In this document: piece after piece, positions 1 through 11,639 of the stretch
How positions within the stretch are numbered: the stretch's first letter is position 1
How the letters are laid out: each line of letters begins with the position of its first letter
From: Raillietiella orientalis
Lineage: Eukaryota
Assembly: GCA_036172245.1 (NCBI GenBank)
Contig: JAYWIR010000029.1
Location: forward strand, 2,108,001-2,172,000
Direction of reading: 5' to 3'
DNA length: 64,000 nucleotides
The notes under the pieces: model-generated
Told to the model about the DNA's origin: nothing
Database searches by the model: none
The model's input: only the letters and a program-made list of their open reading frames with translations
Position numbers and translations under genes: made by a program

Positions 1-788
1 ACCCCGAATTTCTACGAATCCCGGAAGGGACCTCCGGAGGATCTACTCCAGGTTCTCGAATCAGGTTCGGGGTTCGAATCAGCGGGTGCAGCTGGTCCGC
101 GGTGCTCCCGACGGCTCAGTGCCGCAGCCACACGGTCCTTCGAATGCCCCCTCGGAGAGAGAGAGGGAGGAACACGTGTTTCCGAGCATCTCCGGGGAGG
201 ATCTTCTTCCAGGCTCAGTTTCTTCAGACTGTTTGAGTATCGCTGGCGCCCTAACGCAACTCTTGCATTTCGATCGCAGCGATCCGGCGTCCCAGTCCCT
301 GCGGAGCTCAGGAAAGGATCCTCAGAGATGAAGGATACGAGAATCGCATCTTAGGAAGGAGGTCACGAGGTCCAAACCCTCCTAGAGGTTTCTCGTAGTG
401 TCCCGAAGCAGGTTTCGGGAAAGCAAGGTACAACAGCATGTGGAACGAAAGCGGTGGAGGCGGACCCAGAAAACGCCGTCTTTCTCACGTCACTCACTGA
501 GGGTTTTTTTCTCGCCGGGGACACCCATCGGGTGGCCAGGGATGACGCTTCATCAGAATTGCGCGCAACTGCGAAAGTGAAAGTCCAGAGTTGTTTCCAA
601 GTCGGTCCGACTCCTTTCGGGTCGAAGAAGAATGTAGAACTGCCATCTCCCTCCAACTCTCTCCCTCTGACGCAGGCAGAGGGAGAAGTATAAAAAAACA
701 CATGCACACAGACAGGTAGAAGAAGAAGAGGAAGGAGAAAAAGAAGAAGAAGAAGAGAAAAAATTAGATGTTTGGCAAGTGTTTTTTC

Positions 789-1497
789 CAGAGCCAGACA
801 CAGTGGGTGCCAGCCCGCACCCGACTTTGTCGGCTTCCAGTTAGCCCGTGTTCTGCTGCAAAGTTTGCGGCAACAGGATCGGTACAGTCAAGGGAATTTT
901 CTCAGACATCTAAGCAAAATCGTTTTTTTTTAAATAAATAATAAATAAACTTTGCAGTCCTTTAAAATTTGCAACATGTACAATCACGTTCACATCTAAT
1001 TTAATTCTACTGAAAAGAGTCATCAGTGTACAGCGTCATCTCTAGCACGAGCAGTTTGCAGCATACCTGATCGATCTTCCGGTCCAGCCATTACACCCAA
1101 CACGACATAAAGTGTTTGTAGCGTAATCTTCGCGAGAGAACTGAAGGTCTGATTCAATTTAGGGACACCACAAGAGCTCCGAGCAGGCAAGTAGTCCTCC
1201 ATAACACTCGTGCACGGGGTTTCCGACAGATGGGATTTTCCCATCCGTCGGAATCCATCCCTTCCACCTTTCTTCCCTCGAGGTTGGCTGCTGCGAGAGT
1301 CTGGGGTGTTCCATCGGAACTTTTTTCCTCCTCCTCCTTTTACCCCCTTGTGCAGTTACCATCTCTCTCCTGGCTCCCAACGAATCCCGGCTTGCCTGCC
1401 GCGCGACAGTAATTCATCCCAGTGAATAGAAACCTGTCCGGGACACTGCAAGTCCGAGAGTGGTGATGCGGGCTGGCACCCACTATGTCTGGCTCTG
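789..1497. mobile_element. Non-autonomous DNA transposon (MITE-like) with 31-bp terminal inverted repeats, possibly hAT-derived
   Basis: cagagccagacacagtgggtgccagcccgca (789-819) is the reverse complement of 1467-1497 with one mismatch. The TIR starts with CAG. The minus strand inside reads TFSSLAKITLQ...ANCSC*R, weakly like a hAT dimerization region. No clear TSD. Confidence 0.65.
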
Positions 1498-3749
1498 CAT
1501 CACCATCCCGTTTTCCTTCTTTGCTGCGCTTTCCGCTTTCCTTGAGGGAGAGATGAGCGCCCGGTGATTCTTGAATTGGTTGCTCCACCCCATTGTTGCA
1601 CTGCTTCTGACACACAGATACACTGTCCGCTGCAAGGAAGAGATCGCCGCCATGCGCTGCTCCCTTGCGATCGCCGGGGTGATCCTTCCGAGTTCAAAGT
1701 CAGCATCTCAAAGATACCAGAAATTTCCGAGGTCGGGAAGGGTCCCCTGAGTTCAAGGGAAGGAAGCAGCAGGGTGAACCAGGAGGTGGGAACCACCTCC
1801 TTCGGATCCCGTGGCAGGGGAGCTTCTTGCACGCCGAAAGTGAAAGGATTCCCGAAGCTTGGTCTTCATGAAAGCGTTGTCAAAGCGCCATCTTTGCAGG
1901 TCTTACTAGGACCGGTGCGGCAACCGATTCATCCAGACAGTGTCTGATGGACCGCCTAAAGGTTGAAGGAAGGCTAGTGAATTGACGGAGCTGCTCAACC
2001 GCACAACCTCACTGGACGAAGGTCCAGAGCCCTCTGCCCTTCCTTCCTTTTTTTCTGCTCCCTTCTCGGCGACAGATGGCCAGATGTTGATGATTTTCCG
2101 AGAGTCGACCTTTGACGCGCTTGTTTACTGGTCCTCGCGTGCTGCCCTTCTTTCGCTCTGAGCTCCGCCGAAAAACCGGGACTCGCAGGAACGTGTTCGA
2201 GTGTTCACTTCTTCCACGCCGCTTTGCCTCAGCTTCGCTTGTCCTTCGGATTCGCTTCTTGTCGTCGTCGGGCGGTGGTGCGACCGAGGCAAGGTGGCAG
2301 CCGTGAAGCCGACAGAAGACAAAGAGCGTGGCTGTTGCGAGATTTTTCGAACCCGCACGACTCCCACGGTATGCAAAAGCCGCCGCACACGCACCACGTA
2401 CACACAAATCCCTTCGATTTCCGAACCCTGAACCTGGAAGTCCATAGATCTTGTCGTTGGATCGCATTTCCTTGATAGGGATCCCGAAAATGATTTCGCC
2501 TTCTCGGACCGCTCGTGGTGTCAGCTTGGACGGCGGAAATGGGAAGAGCTTCACGGGAACCGTGGATGCCACGAGAAAGGAACGAACTGCTCGATTCCCG
2601 ACGTGTCTTGAAACCTTCTTGCACTCTTTCAAGCCTGCGTTCCACTTACCTCCGGCAGAATGCTCTGGAGGGAACACGAGCCCCACTTTGTTTTCGTTCT
2701 AGCCTGCTCGAAAGGTCACTCGTGCAGCTTCCCTCCGCCATCGCTTCATCGGACCGGTCCTGATCGTCAACAGTGGTTGGATGCCACGCGTGACGAAACG
2801 GTCCACGCCGGGATTGCAGCCTCCATCCTCCTCCGCATCATCATCATCTCCCTCCCAGCAACTTGATCTCACCTCCTCGTGGATCAAATCCACCATCCTG
2901 AGGCGGGCCGGGACATCTCTATTTGTTTACTTGCCTTTGGACCCTCCCTCCGCACCCTACTCTCCCGTATCTCTACCTCCAGAGAGTTTCGGACCCTTTC
3001 GTTCCGAGCTGCTACTACCAGAGCTGGGCGGACCACGTACCCGGACTCGAGCGACTAGATTTTTCAGCTGAGGAAAGCTGTGAGGTGCCACCGGGGAGAA
3101 GACCGTGGAAACGATGGAAATGATCCTCTTCCTGACCCTTGCCGCGTATTCCCGAACTTTCTCGATACTCTGAATAAGCTGACCAGCAGTTCGGGATAAG
3201 AAAATGGGGCAACCCTCTTGCACATGCGACGCCACCATCCCGACTCTTGATTTTCAAGACGGAGCATGTGTCGGGGCGGCAGAAGCTGCCCTCAAGGGGT
3301 GACGAGACTCGGACCAGTTTTCGCCGGTTCTTCCCTGTTTTCTACCGTTGCTGAGAATTGTCGGTTGTGGTATTCAGAACGAGACCCTGCCCTTTGCTGC
3401 CCTTTCCTGCGGAGTGGATAAGCCACAAGAGTTATAGAGAGCCCTCGTCACCTGACGCGTCCTCTTTCCGTTCCAGTGGTGGAAGACGTGGGCACGCGTT
3501 TTCGAGGAGCTACTTCTTGGCCAACCACGAGCCAGGAAATCCCAAAGGTCGAAACCACGGAAACCGGAAGGGCAGCGCGGAAATCGTGGCTGTTTCCATT
3601 CCCGAAACTGAGCTAAGAGGGATCCCACCAGCTGTCCTTTTTAACTCCTTTTTCTTTCTTTCTTTTCTTGGTTCTCAAAGTACTGAAGAACCGTTCGCGT
3701 CCTTGGGAGGGAGGTCACACTGTCCACGCCACCTGAGGGTGCCTGTAAC

Positions 3750-4395
3750 CCTTTAAGTCACAGGGGGTAACCCCGGAGAGACGCCCTATGAATCCAGGAA
3801 GACTCCGGAGGAAGGAGTCCGATCCTTTTTCACTTGTAAGAGAACCCCGAAAGGAAGTTATTCCTTATTCTCTCTGGGGGGTCTCCCATAGGGGTCGCTC
3901 CTCGTTTCTTTTCCGAAGGAAACCGGAAATGATCCACTCCTGCAATTTCTGTACCGAAGGGAACCCTCAAGGGAATTGCTCCTTGTTCCCTCCTCTGAAG
4001 AGGACCCCGAAGGGACGCTTCCAAGTTTCCTTGAAAGGAGCAGCGCACTTCACACTCTGGAGAGGTATCAACCCCACCAGCTCCAGGGTACGAAATGGGA
4101 AGGTTCCTCCGAAAGGAAGAGACGATTCCATTTTCCCAAGCGGAGGGGAACCCCTAAGGGCTCCTTGATGTACTGGAAGGACCCTGGAGGGTCAACTTTT
4201 AATCCTGGCCAGTCAACGGGGTCATCCGACTCCCACCAGTGCCGCACCCGGAGCGTACGGGGGCCAACCAGAGTCATCCTGCAGCCGAAACCTACGATGC
4301 GCCTCTCGTTTTCGGCGTCGATCCTCCAGGTGTGGAATCGAATTTCCAGCTCTAGGTAGCACTTGCGGAGACTGCAGCCACATGGCCACCAACGC
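3750..4395 (-). mobile_element. tRNA-derived SINE-like repeat, copy 1
   Basis: Minus strand starts GCGTTGG-TGGCCATGTGG (A-box-like, resembles a tRNA-Gly 5' end), with TTCGATTCC (B-box-like, 4334-4342) 53 nt from the start. The body (atgaatccaggaag.ctccggaggaaggagtcc, ccc(c)gaagg motifs) is shared with 31500-31960 and 38888-39400. Confidence 0.55.
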
Positions 4396-5497
4396 ACCTT
4401 TTCTTTCTTCTCCGAGGCGACGGTTGTCGCACTAGTGAAAGGGAACCAAAAAGGAAAATTCGTGAGGGAGGTGTGCGTGAAAGTTGTAGCCAAGACAATT
4501 CTCGGACTCAACTTTCGCTTGTCCTGATAATGGCGGGACTGAGCCCTCCTTCCCCCCCCCCCCGGTTGACCACTCGACTGAATGTTTGAATCCATTCTCG
4601 AGAGATCTGAACAAGCAGAAACGCCTGCTTCTCCGGAAAAGGAAGGAAGGGAACTGGGATTCCTCCCTTTTCGCTAGAAGGAAATACCTTCCCCCTTGAT
4701 GGGAGACCTCACGTTTTCTGGAAGCAGAGCAGCCTCCCGTGACCTCCGGGTGGCGCCACGTGCGCCAGGCGCAGCGCCAAAGCTCTGCTTTCCCAAACCT
4801 TGCATCTTCAACGGAAGGAGGAGGAACGCTTCTCTCTAAGGGGACGGGCTCCCAGCTTAGCTCCACTCCCCGATGCCCAAACGCCATTGGAGCGACGGGT
4901 TCCTGGGGGAAGGGACGAAACACGAAAAGGGTGACGTAAAAGGGCTCGATAGGAGCAAAGATTTTACGCTGATCCTCTTTTGCGTGATGTGAAGGCGCGC
5001 TGCTTGCTGAGGCCAAAGGTTGTTGAACATCATGCAGAGTGCAGCCGTAGCTGGCAAGGCCTCGTGAGGACGTTTCACGTGCTGGGCCGACGGAATCTTT
5101 GTGTAAGAGCAGCTACAACAGAAAACAGATCAGGGATACGGTCTGCAGGAGTGTGCTTGCAGACGGTGGAGGGTTGCTGGGAATAAAAGAGAGTCTGCAC
5201 TGCCTGATGCGTTCCTTGCTATCGTTGTAGTAGCTCTGCGTTGACAAACAAATCAGCTCCGCCGGAGGACAAAGAACTTCAAGGACATCCGTTTCCGCTG
5301 TCGATTCTTCTCTGGCCCTCCTCTTGACAGTGCATCGTTCGTGAGCAGTGAACGGGTGAAGCGAAAGTGTCTTTTGCACACTCAGCCCGCCATGCATTTC
5401 TCGAAGCAAACCAGGACTGCGCCAGAGAGACAGAGAGAGAAAGACGCAGCATCGGTGCGGATCCCGGAGGACCATGGGAAACCAACACGCCTGCTTA

Positions 5498-6311
5498 TGC
5501 TGCGTAGGTTCATACCGTACACATTTATTTCAACACACATAGTTATTCCCATTTATTAACACACTTATTATCTTATTGCTGAAACAGGTCTGTTCATTAA
5601 GGTTCAGTGACATGCGGTTCATTAATGTAATTCATAAGTTGTAGATTAGGTTGTCGATATATGTATTAGGGATTATAACAAAGAAATGTGTATTCACATA
5701 TATATTTACGTAAAGATTACTATACGGATTAATGTACATCATGAAGATTATAAAAAAGAAATATGCATTCATATACATATTTGTGCAAAGGTTAACATAT
5801 GGATTAATGTACATTATAAAGAGTATAATAAACAGATGCTTATCCATCAATATATATCGACTATATATAGGCAACATATATACTGATGTGTATATTTAAT
5901 AATAATTTATTTATCAAATAATGTATATCAATTTATGCATTAATCTATATATAAATACATACTGATGTATATATTTATATATATATATCATGGAGGTTAT
6001 GAAATAAACTAAATACACATGCTTATTATATACATCAGTATTTATAAATATTATACATATATGAATATAAATATGTACAAATATATTTAAATATGTGTAT
6101 ATGTATCAATACATATAATAAGCATATCTATTTATTTTTTATATGTATGCATCGAAATATAATCAACAACTCATGGATTATATCTATAAAATGTATGCGG
6201 CTGAACCTTGGTAAATAGATCTGCACCAATAATATTACTGTTGACATGTGGGTTGATAAATACGAATAACTATGTATGTTAGAACAGACGTGTATATTAA
6301 TCTATGTAGCA
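5498..6311. repeat. AT-rich degenerate foldback (long imperfect inverted repeat) with internal ~75-bp tandem units
   Basis: The reverse complement of about 5498-5650 aligns with about 6158-6311 (gggaataactatgtgtgttg vs acgaataactatgtatgtta; ctgaacctt shared). There are 2-3 imperfect 75-bp tandem units at about 5680-5900. Confidence 0.6.
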
Positions 6312-6354
6312 CACGTGTTCGTTTTTTACGACCGTTCTGCCCCAAACCCGGCCA

Positions 6355-7175
6355 GTCCATACAGACAGGATGTGGCTCAAAATCCCGAATGCCCGCCTCT
6401 GGAAACACCCTGAAAAATACATATACAAGCTTACTGTAACATAATAAGGGACTTTGACGTTCATATTATTAATATATACATTGAAGATTATGAAAATGTG
6501 TCCTTATGTATGAATGCATACACGTACCTTTCTCAAACCAATTTACGATTGAATCCTATTTCCATACAAAATTACATGTATGTATACAATAAACATGTAC
6601 GAAATGAATATACAGATATCGAATTAGAAACGCATATATTTATCAAACAGCCAGAATGCCGAAAATGGAATTCGTCATTAATTGAAAAAGCGCTGGAAAC
6701 TAATGGGAAACTGGAAATCGAAATTTTTTCTTTTTTTTTTTTTCCAATTTGCTTGTTCATTTTTTCCACGTTGCTTTTTACCTCTTGTAATTCGATATTT
6801 ATAGATTCGTTTACTTACATACGTATAAATATATGTTAATAAATATGAAAACATATGCATTTTTATAGCCTTCAATACAATTAATAATACTACAATAATA
6901 TGTTAATGTGTTTTATTGATTATATTAGTAATATGTACGTCGATAAATATTAAAAAATATGCATGTTAAAATGAATCTGCATACGCATGCATACAATGAT
7001 GTACAGGATAAAGAGCACATATGCCTATTTTCACAATCTCTATTATACATATTAATCCATGCATAAAAAAAATATACATCAATAAATGGAATAAATAGAT
7101 ATGTCTGTATTTTTTTAGCATCTCGCGATTTCGGCATTCGGGATTTCGATGAGCCCCGATCCAGACGTCGTAGGT
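6355..7175. repeat. Second AT-rich element bounded by imperfect inverted repeats
   Basis: ggatgtggctcaaaatcccgaatgcc (about 6368-6393) matches the reverse complement of ggcattcgggatttcgatgagccccgatcc (about 7133-7162). The interior is AT-rich. Confidence 0.45.
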
Positions 7176-7245
7176 GCTACTGCTCCCAGCCATCGTTTCG
7201 CGTGGGGACACCCCGCTGGTCACTCGCCGAACGTTTGCTGAAGGA

Positions 7246-7402
7246 CTCCCCTGGTGACGGCAGCATTGTCGGCCGATTCTGCTTCCCGATGGAACGCACC
7301 GGCATCGCATGACGTCAGAATGGCCTCCCCTGGTGACGGCAGCATTGTCGCCGATTCTGCTTCCCGATGGAACGCACCGGCATCGCATGACGTCAGAATG
7401 GC
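7246..7402. repeat. Tandem duplication, 2 x ~79 bp
   Basis: ctcccctggtgacggcagcattgtc...gacgtcagaatggc occurs at 7246-7324 and 7325-7402, differing by a 1-nt indel. Confidence 0.95.
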
Positions 7403-9350
7403 AAAGGAGGCTCGTTGCGAGGCGGCACCAAGGACGGGACCTCTTTACGGTCACGAAGCATCGCAGTAATTCGGTTTGGACTCATCTTCCTTCCTCGAAA
7501 AAAGAGTACGTGGTCTGGAGAGCGCGTGCTTGCGCCTTGGGATGGAACCCGGGGAACCTGGTTTGTTCCTAACAGGTGGCTGGGAAAGAAGGGACCACGT
7601 ATGGATTTGGGCCCTTTGCTCGAAGGGGGGCAGGAGACGAACACCGCCGCCCTTTCAAGTCATGTGCTATGAATTCCTGACCCATGCCAAGCAGCTCGTG
7701 TGTTTCGTGTGGGAATTCGCTGTTCTGGACACCTCTCTGATGAGACGCCAGACTCAATGCTTAGCCAGCAACCCTTTCAAAAACCATGTCAAAGTTTCCA
7801 CCTCGGGGAGTGAGCGGACGATCGCCCTACTAGCGGATAAGAATCCACGAAAATCCTACCAGTGAGGCCTTTTTTTTTTTTTGGCCACAGCGGGGGATGG
7901 ACCCCACAAAATCTCACACTTGTCAGGATTTCTTGATGCCTCGGTCTGCTTATGAAGAGAAATTTGTGTCCCTACGTATCGTACGATGCAACCACCGTTT
8001 CAGTTTCTCTTCTCGATTCCAGGAACGGTTTTCCAAGTGCACGGAGTGCGTTCGCCAGGATCCTCCTCGGCTTCCCACCCTTTCCGTCTCGATCGTTTCC
8101 CCTTCAGGGGTCGCGTCCACCGCGGTCAGCTTACACCGCGTCCGTAACTCGTGCTTTTGGCTCGGAGCGTGTTGTGTGTTGCTGTTTTACGCAAATCATT
8201 CGCATCCTGCAGCTCCCTGCAGCGGCATTCGCTTGCTCCACCGAGGCTCTTGGCAGCAGGTTGCGATGGCAGCGGCGTGAGTCGGGATGACGTGGGAAAG
8301 CGGAATACGTGGGACTGCTGACCAACTTCAAAAAAAGGAAAAAAAAAATCACATCTTTTTTTTTTTTCCCCACCTGGCGCTCGAGAATTTTCTGGAGGAA
8401 ACATTCTGCTCCTCGGAAGAAAATCGTTCCAGGATGAGCACGAAACGCCAATTTCCAATCTGTTCGAGAGCGCCTGGGACCCCTGCTTCAAGGCCGATGG
8501 GTTTGGGCCGCACTTGTTGCGGGAGGAATCGGAAAAGGCACGTTTCGTTTGCCACGATCCTGCCGATGGGCAGAATTAGGAGCGCTCTTGGTTCCGAGGA
8601 GACCACGGGAGAGCACCCAAACCGGAAGTGGAGCTCTTCTCTGCTTCGGTAGGGAGGAAACGGGAAAACCGACATCCCTCTCTCTCCCATTGGCAAAGCA
8701 GGCACGCAGCCTCCCCGGTGTTGAAAAGTGTCTCATTGGCGAAGGCTCCTGATGTTGACGTTGACAAACGCTATCCATTCAGGGAAGGATTTTCACCAAA
8801 GCAATCATCCGTTCAGCTGGTTTGGTTTCAAATCCCCGTCATGGAAACGGGAAGCACACCAGCAGCTCCGAGTTTCGTTTCTTTCTTCTTGAAAAAAAGC
8901 GGTAGTTCAGTTTTCATGCATACGTGGGATTCAGCGAACGCTAAGCGTGTCGGTGTCGAATTTTCGAGTCACAGTCATCACGCTGGCACGGGCGCGCGAC
9001 GCTCCCTCCGGCCGTCTGGAAAGACGGGAGCGCACCGCTTGATCTCTGCGCGGCAGGAAGCGAAACTGGTGCACGCTCAGAGCAGGTTTTCAAGGTTTGG
9101 TCGGGGGGGGGGGGGGACAGCTCCTCTGGAAGGAGTGACGTCATCGGGGCGTCGAGCGATTCGAAAGTTTCGGTAACACACTTTCCGTCCGCATTTACTG
9201 CTTTTGCCAATAGGAAAGAATCAGGATTGCTTTCATCCGTTTTGGAGGGGGGAACGAGCTCGGGAAATCTTACTATCTATAACCTCAGTTTTTTCTTCAT
9301 TCTCCTTCTGTCGGAGGAGAAGAGGACCTGTTCTACATTCGTACTTCGAT

Positions 9351-10064
9351 TCTCACCCCGGTGCGCCGGGGCGTTTATTGCGGGAAAGAAAAAAAAAAAA
9401 ATTACAGGATTTCATGGAGACCTGCCGGGTCTCCGGTTCGCAGACCGGCGCGGTCCACCACGGCAGAAGAGGGGAGGGGGCATACAAAAAGAAAAAAAAG
9501 GAAACAAAAGAAGAAAAGAATAGATACACTTTGGGGGGTGCGGGAAAGGATCTGCTGGTGGCAGTCCGGTCCATCCTCTCTAGGATGTCGGCAAGGTCTT
9601 GCTGCATGTTGTTTGCCAGATGGGGCCATCTCGTTGCTATCCTGATGAATTGGACGGCGAAGCGGATGGCGCCTCTATCGCTGGATACTCACGTTGCTTT
9701 GCTCCAAGCAGCGACGATCCCGCGTAGGCAGCACACGGCTGCCAGGGAGGCCGCTGGCCGAAGGGCGTTGCGAACGAAGAGGGGTTTTAAGGTGTCCCTG
9801 GAGTTGCCTCCAGAGGTTACTAGGACCGCGGCAAAGAGTTCCCAGAGGGGCCGGAGGGCAACACAGTCCACTTACAGGTGGGGGAGGGATTCACGTTCGC
9901 TGCACCTGACACTGTTGGGGTCCACACACCTTTGTGTCCAGTGATGGCGGCGGGCCTTGCACGGGAAACTCCAATGCAGCACCAACAGCACCGACTCCAG
10001 GGACGGGTGATCCTGGGGGAAGGTGCTCATGTCCATAAGCATCGGGGAGTCAATTCAGGTGTTC
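9351..10064 (-). mobile_element. 5'-truncated LINE 3' fragment (same family as the 58.8-63.95 kb element) with target-site duplication
   Basis: Minus-strand translation DCVALRPLWELF...AAVCCLRGIVAAWSKA and QQDLADILERMD matches the ORF2 C-terminus at 63400-63730. Flanked by the 16-bp direct repeat acattcgtacttcgat at 9335-9350 and 10065-10080. Confidence 0.85.
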
Positions 10065-11639
10065 ACATTCGTACTTCGATGCCCACAATTGGGTGAACAG
10101 CCCGAAACTATTGGGAAGACCGACGTCAGCCGCCGACGAGCACCGGCTCGTTCCTACGCGGCTTCGACGCTCCTCGCTCCAGACGAAACTTTCCATCCTT
10201 CAAGGCGGTGGTGCTTTTGAATTCCGTCGACTTTTCGCTTTGCCACCTCGCTCGCTCTCCAGTCCGCTTCGTCTGAAGGCTGCTGGATCCGCTAAAATTC
10301 TCCTCCTCTTGCACCCTGCCGGCTTCCGATGAACTCCCTCCCCTTCCTTGATTCCAGGAAGAAGTAAGACCGTTCCCTCCGAAATGAAAACGAGGAGGAT
10401 CTGCGGAATCCTCGCTTCTCTGTGGGTAGGGAACGGGTAGGCCGGAAACCGCTCTTTGCTCCCCCGAGCAGCACGAGCACGAAAAGCTCTGGAAGAGCGA
10501 AGCTGCACAGAAATCTGCGAGTTCGCACCTCGAGATTTCTCACCTTCGCTTCCACGCCTCCATCGGATGCAGCCACAGGCATGGGACATCTCACTCCACA
10601 TTGTTTTCAGGAATGCTCGCCCCATCTTAGACAGCGGCAGAAGAGTTTCAGCATCTGGAAGAACAGCTACAGATCAATGACCTAAAAAGAAGAAGAAAAA
10701 AAACAAACAAACAAAGAGCTACGCCTACCCGACACCCAATTTATGGGAGAGTGTTTACCTGAGAGTAGGCAGAGGGAGAACCTTGAGGTGCGGATGCCAG
10801 TTCATCTCAGCTGCTGCTCTCATCATGGCTAATAGGGTACGGAGGATGCAGATATTTCATCTTGTCATCGGTTTCAGCATCGGAATGGAGAAAGTAATTG
10901 ATGAACCATAAGAAATATTTTGGGGGCCCACCACCTTCCCCTCTCTCTACTTTCGACGTTCCCATTTTATCACAGTGTGCATCAGGACGGATTCCTCCAA
11001 GACGGATCCAGCCTTGTTTATACTTGTAAGCCACGGAGGATACGGTTTGCCAGGGACATCACAAAGACGTGTAGGTGAACTCCGCCCGACAAGGCACTCC
11101 ATTCTTCTTCCAGCTGCTTCTTCCCTGTGCAACGATTTTTTTTTTGTTCACAACCGAAGAACTCTAGGTGGAAAGAAACGCGCTCTCGTGAAACTTTGAG
11201 TCTCCTGCGCATGCGCTACGAAGCAGCAGAGGTGGAAGGAGCAATACGTGCTCAACGAACAGTTCGCACCACCGAAGGTCCTGTGAGTTTGTCTGCAGTG
11301 CCGCTTGCTGGATCGAAAGGACCTTTTCCAGGGTTATCTGAGGCTAGGCTGGCTCGCTGAGGATCTCTTTAGGCTGCAAGAGCGCGTAAGGGTGCAAGAG
11401 CTGGGAATGGACTTTCTGCGCGTCCTTAAGTGGGGAGAAAAGGAGGGTTTAAGGGTGAGGCACAGTGAGTAAATATGCATGAAGAAGCAAGGAAGAGGGT
11501 ATCAGGTGCCTCGGTGTAGTCCCTGAGTGAGGACGGTCGGAATGACCAGCGGAGAATGAGGGGAGGGAGTCCTGTTCCCCCCCCCCCCCTCCTCTTTCAC
11601 CTCATTTTCCGAGACTCCGTGAGTTCTCCTCAGAAGGAG

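Noticed and set aside
5632..5886. ORFs with 25-aa periodic I/Y/M/N-rich repeats
   Set aside because: Translation of AT-rich 75-bp tandem units within a foldback; not protein-like.
8540..8600. EPRALLILP as DEAD-box helicase motif Ia
   Set aside because: Isolated weak match with no other helicase motifs.
10975..11045. LFILVSHG as a caspase SHG motif
   Set aside because: No QACxG motif or other caspase features nearby.
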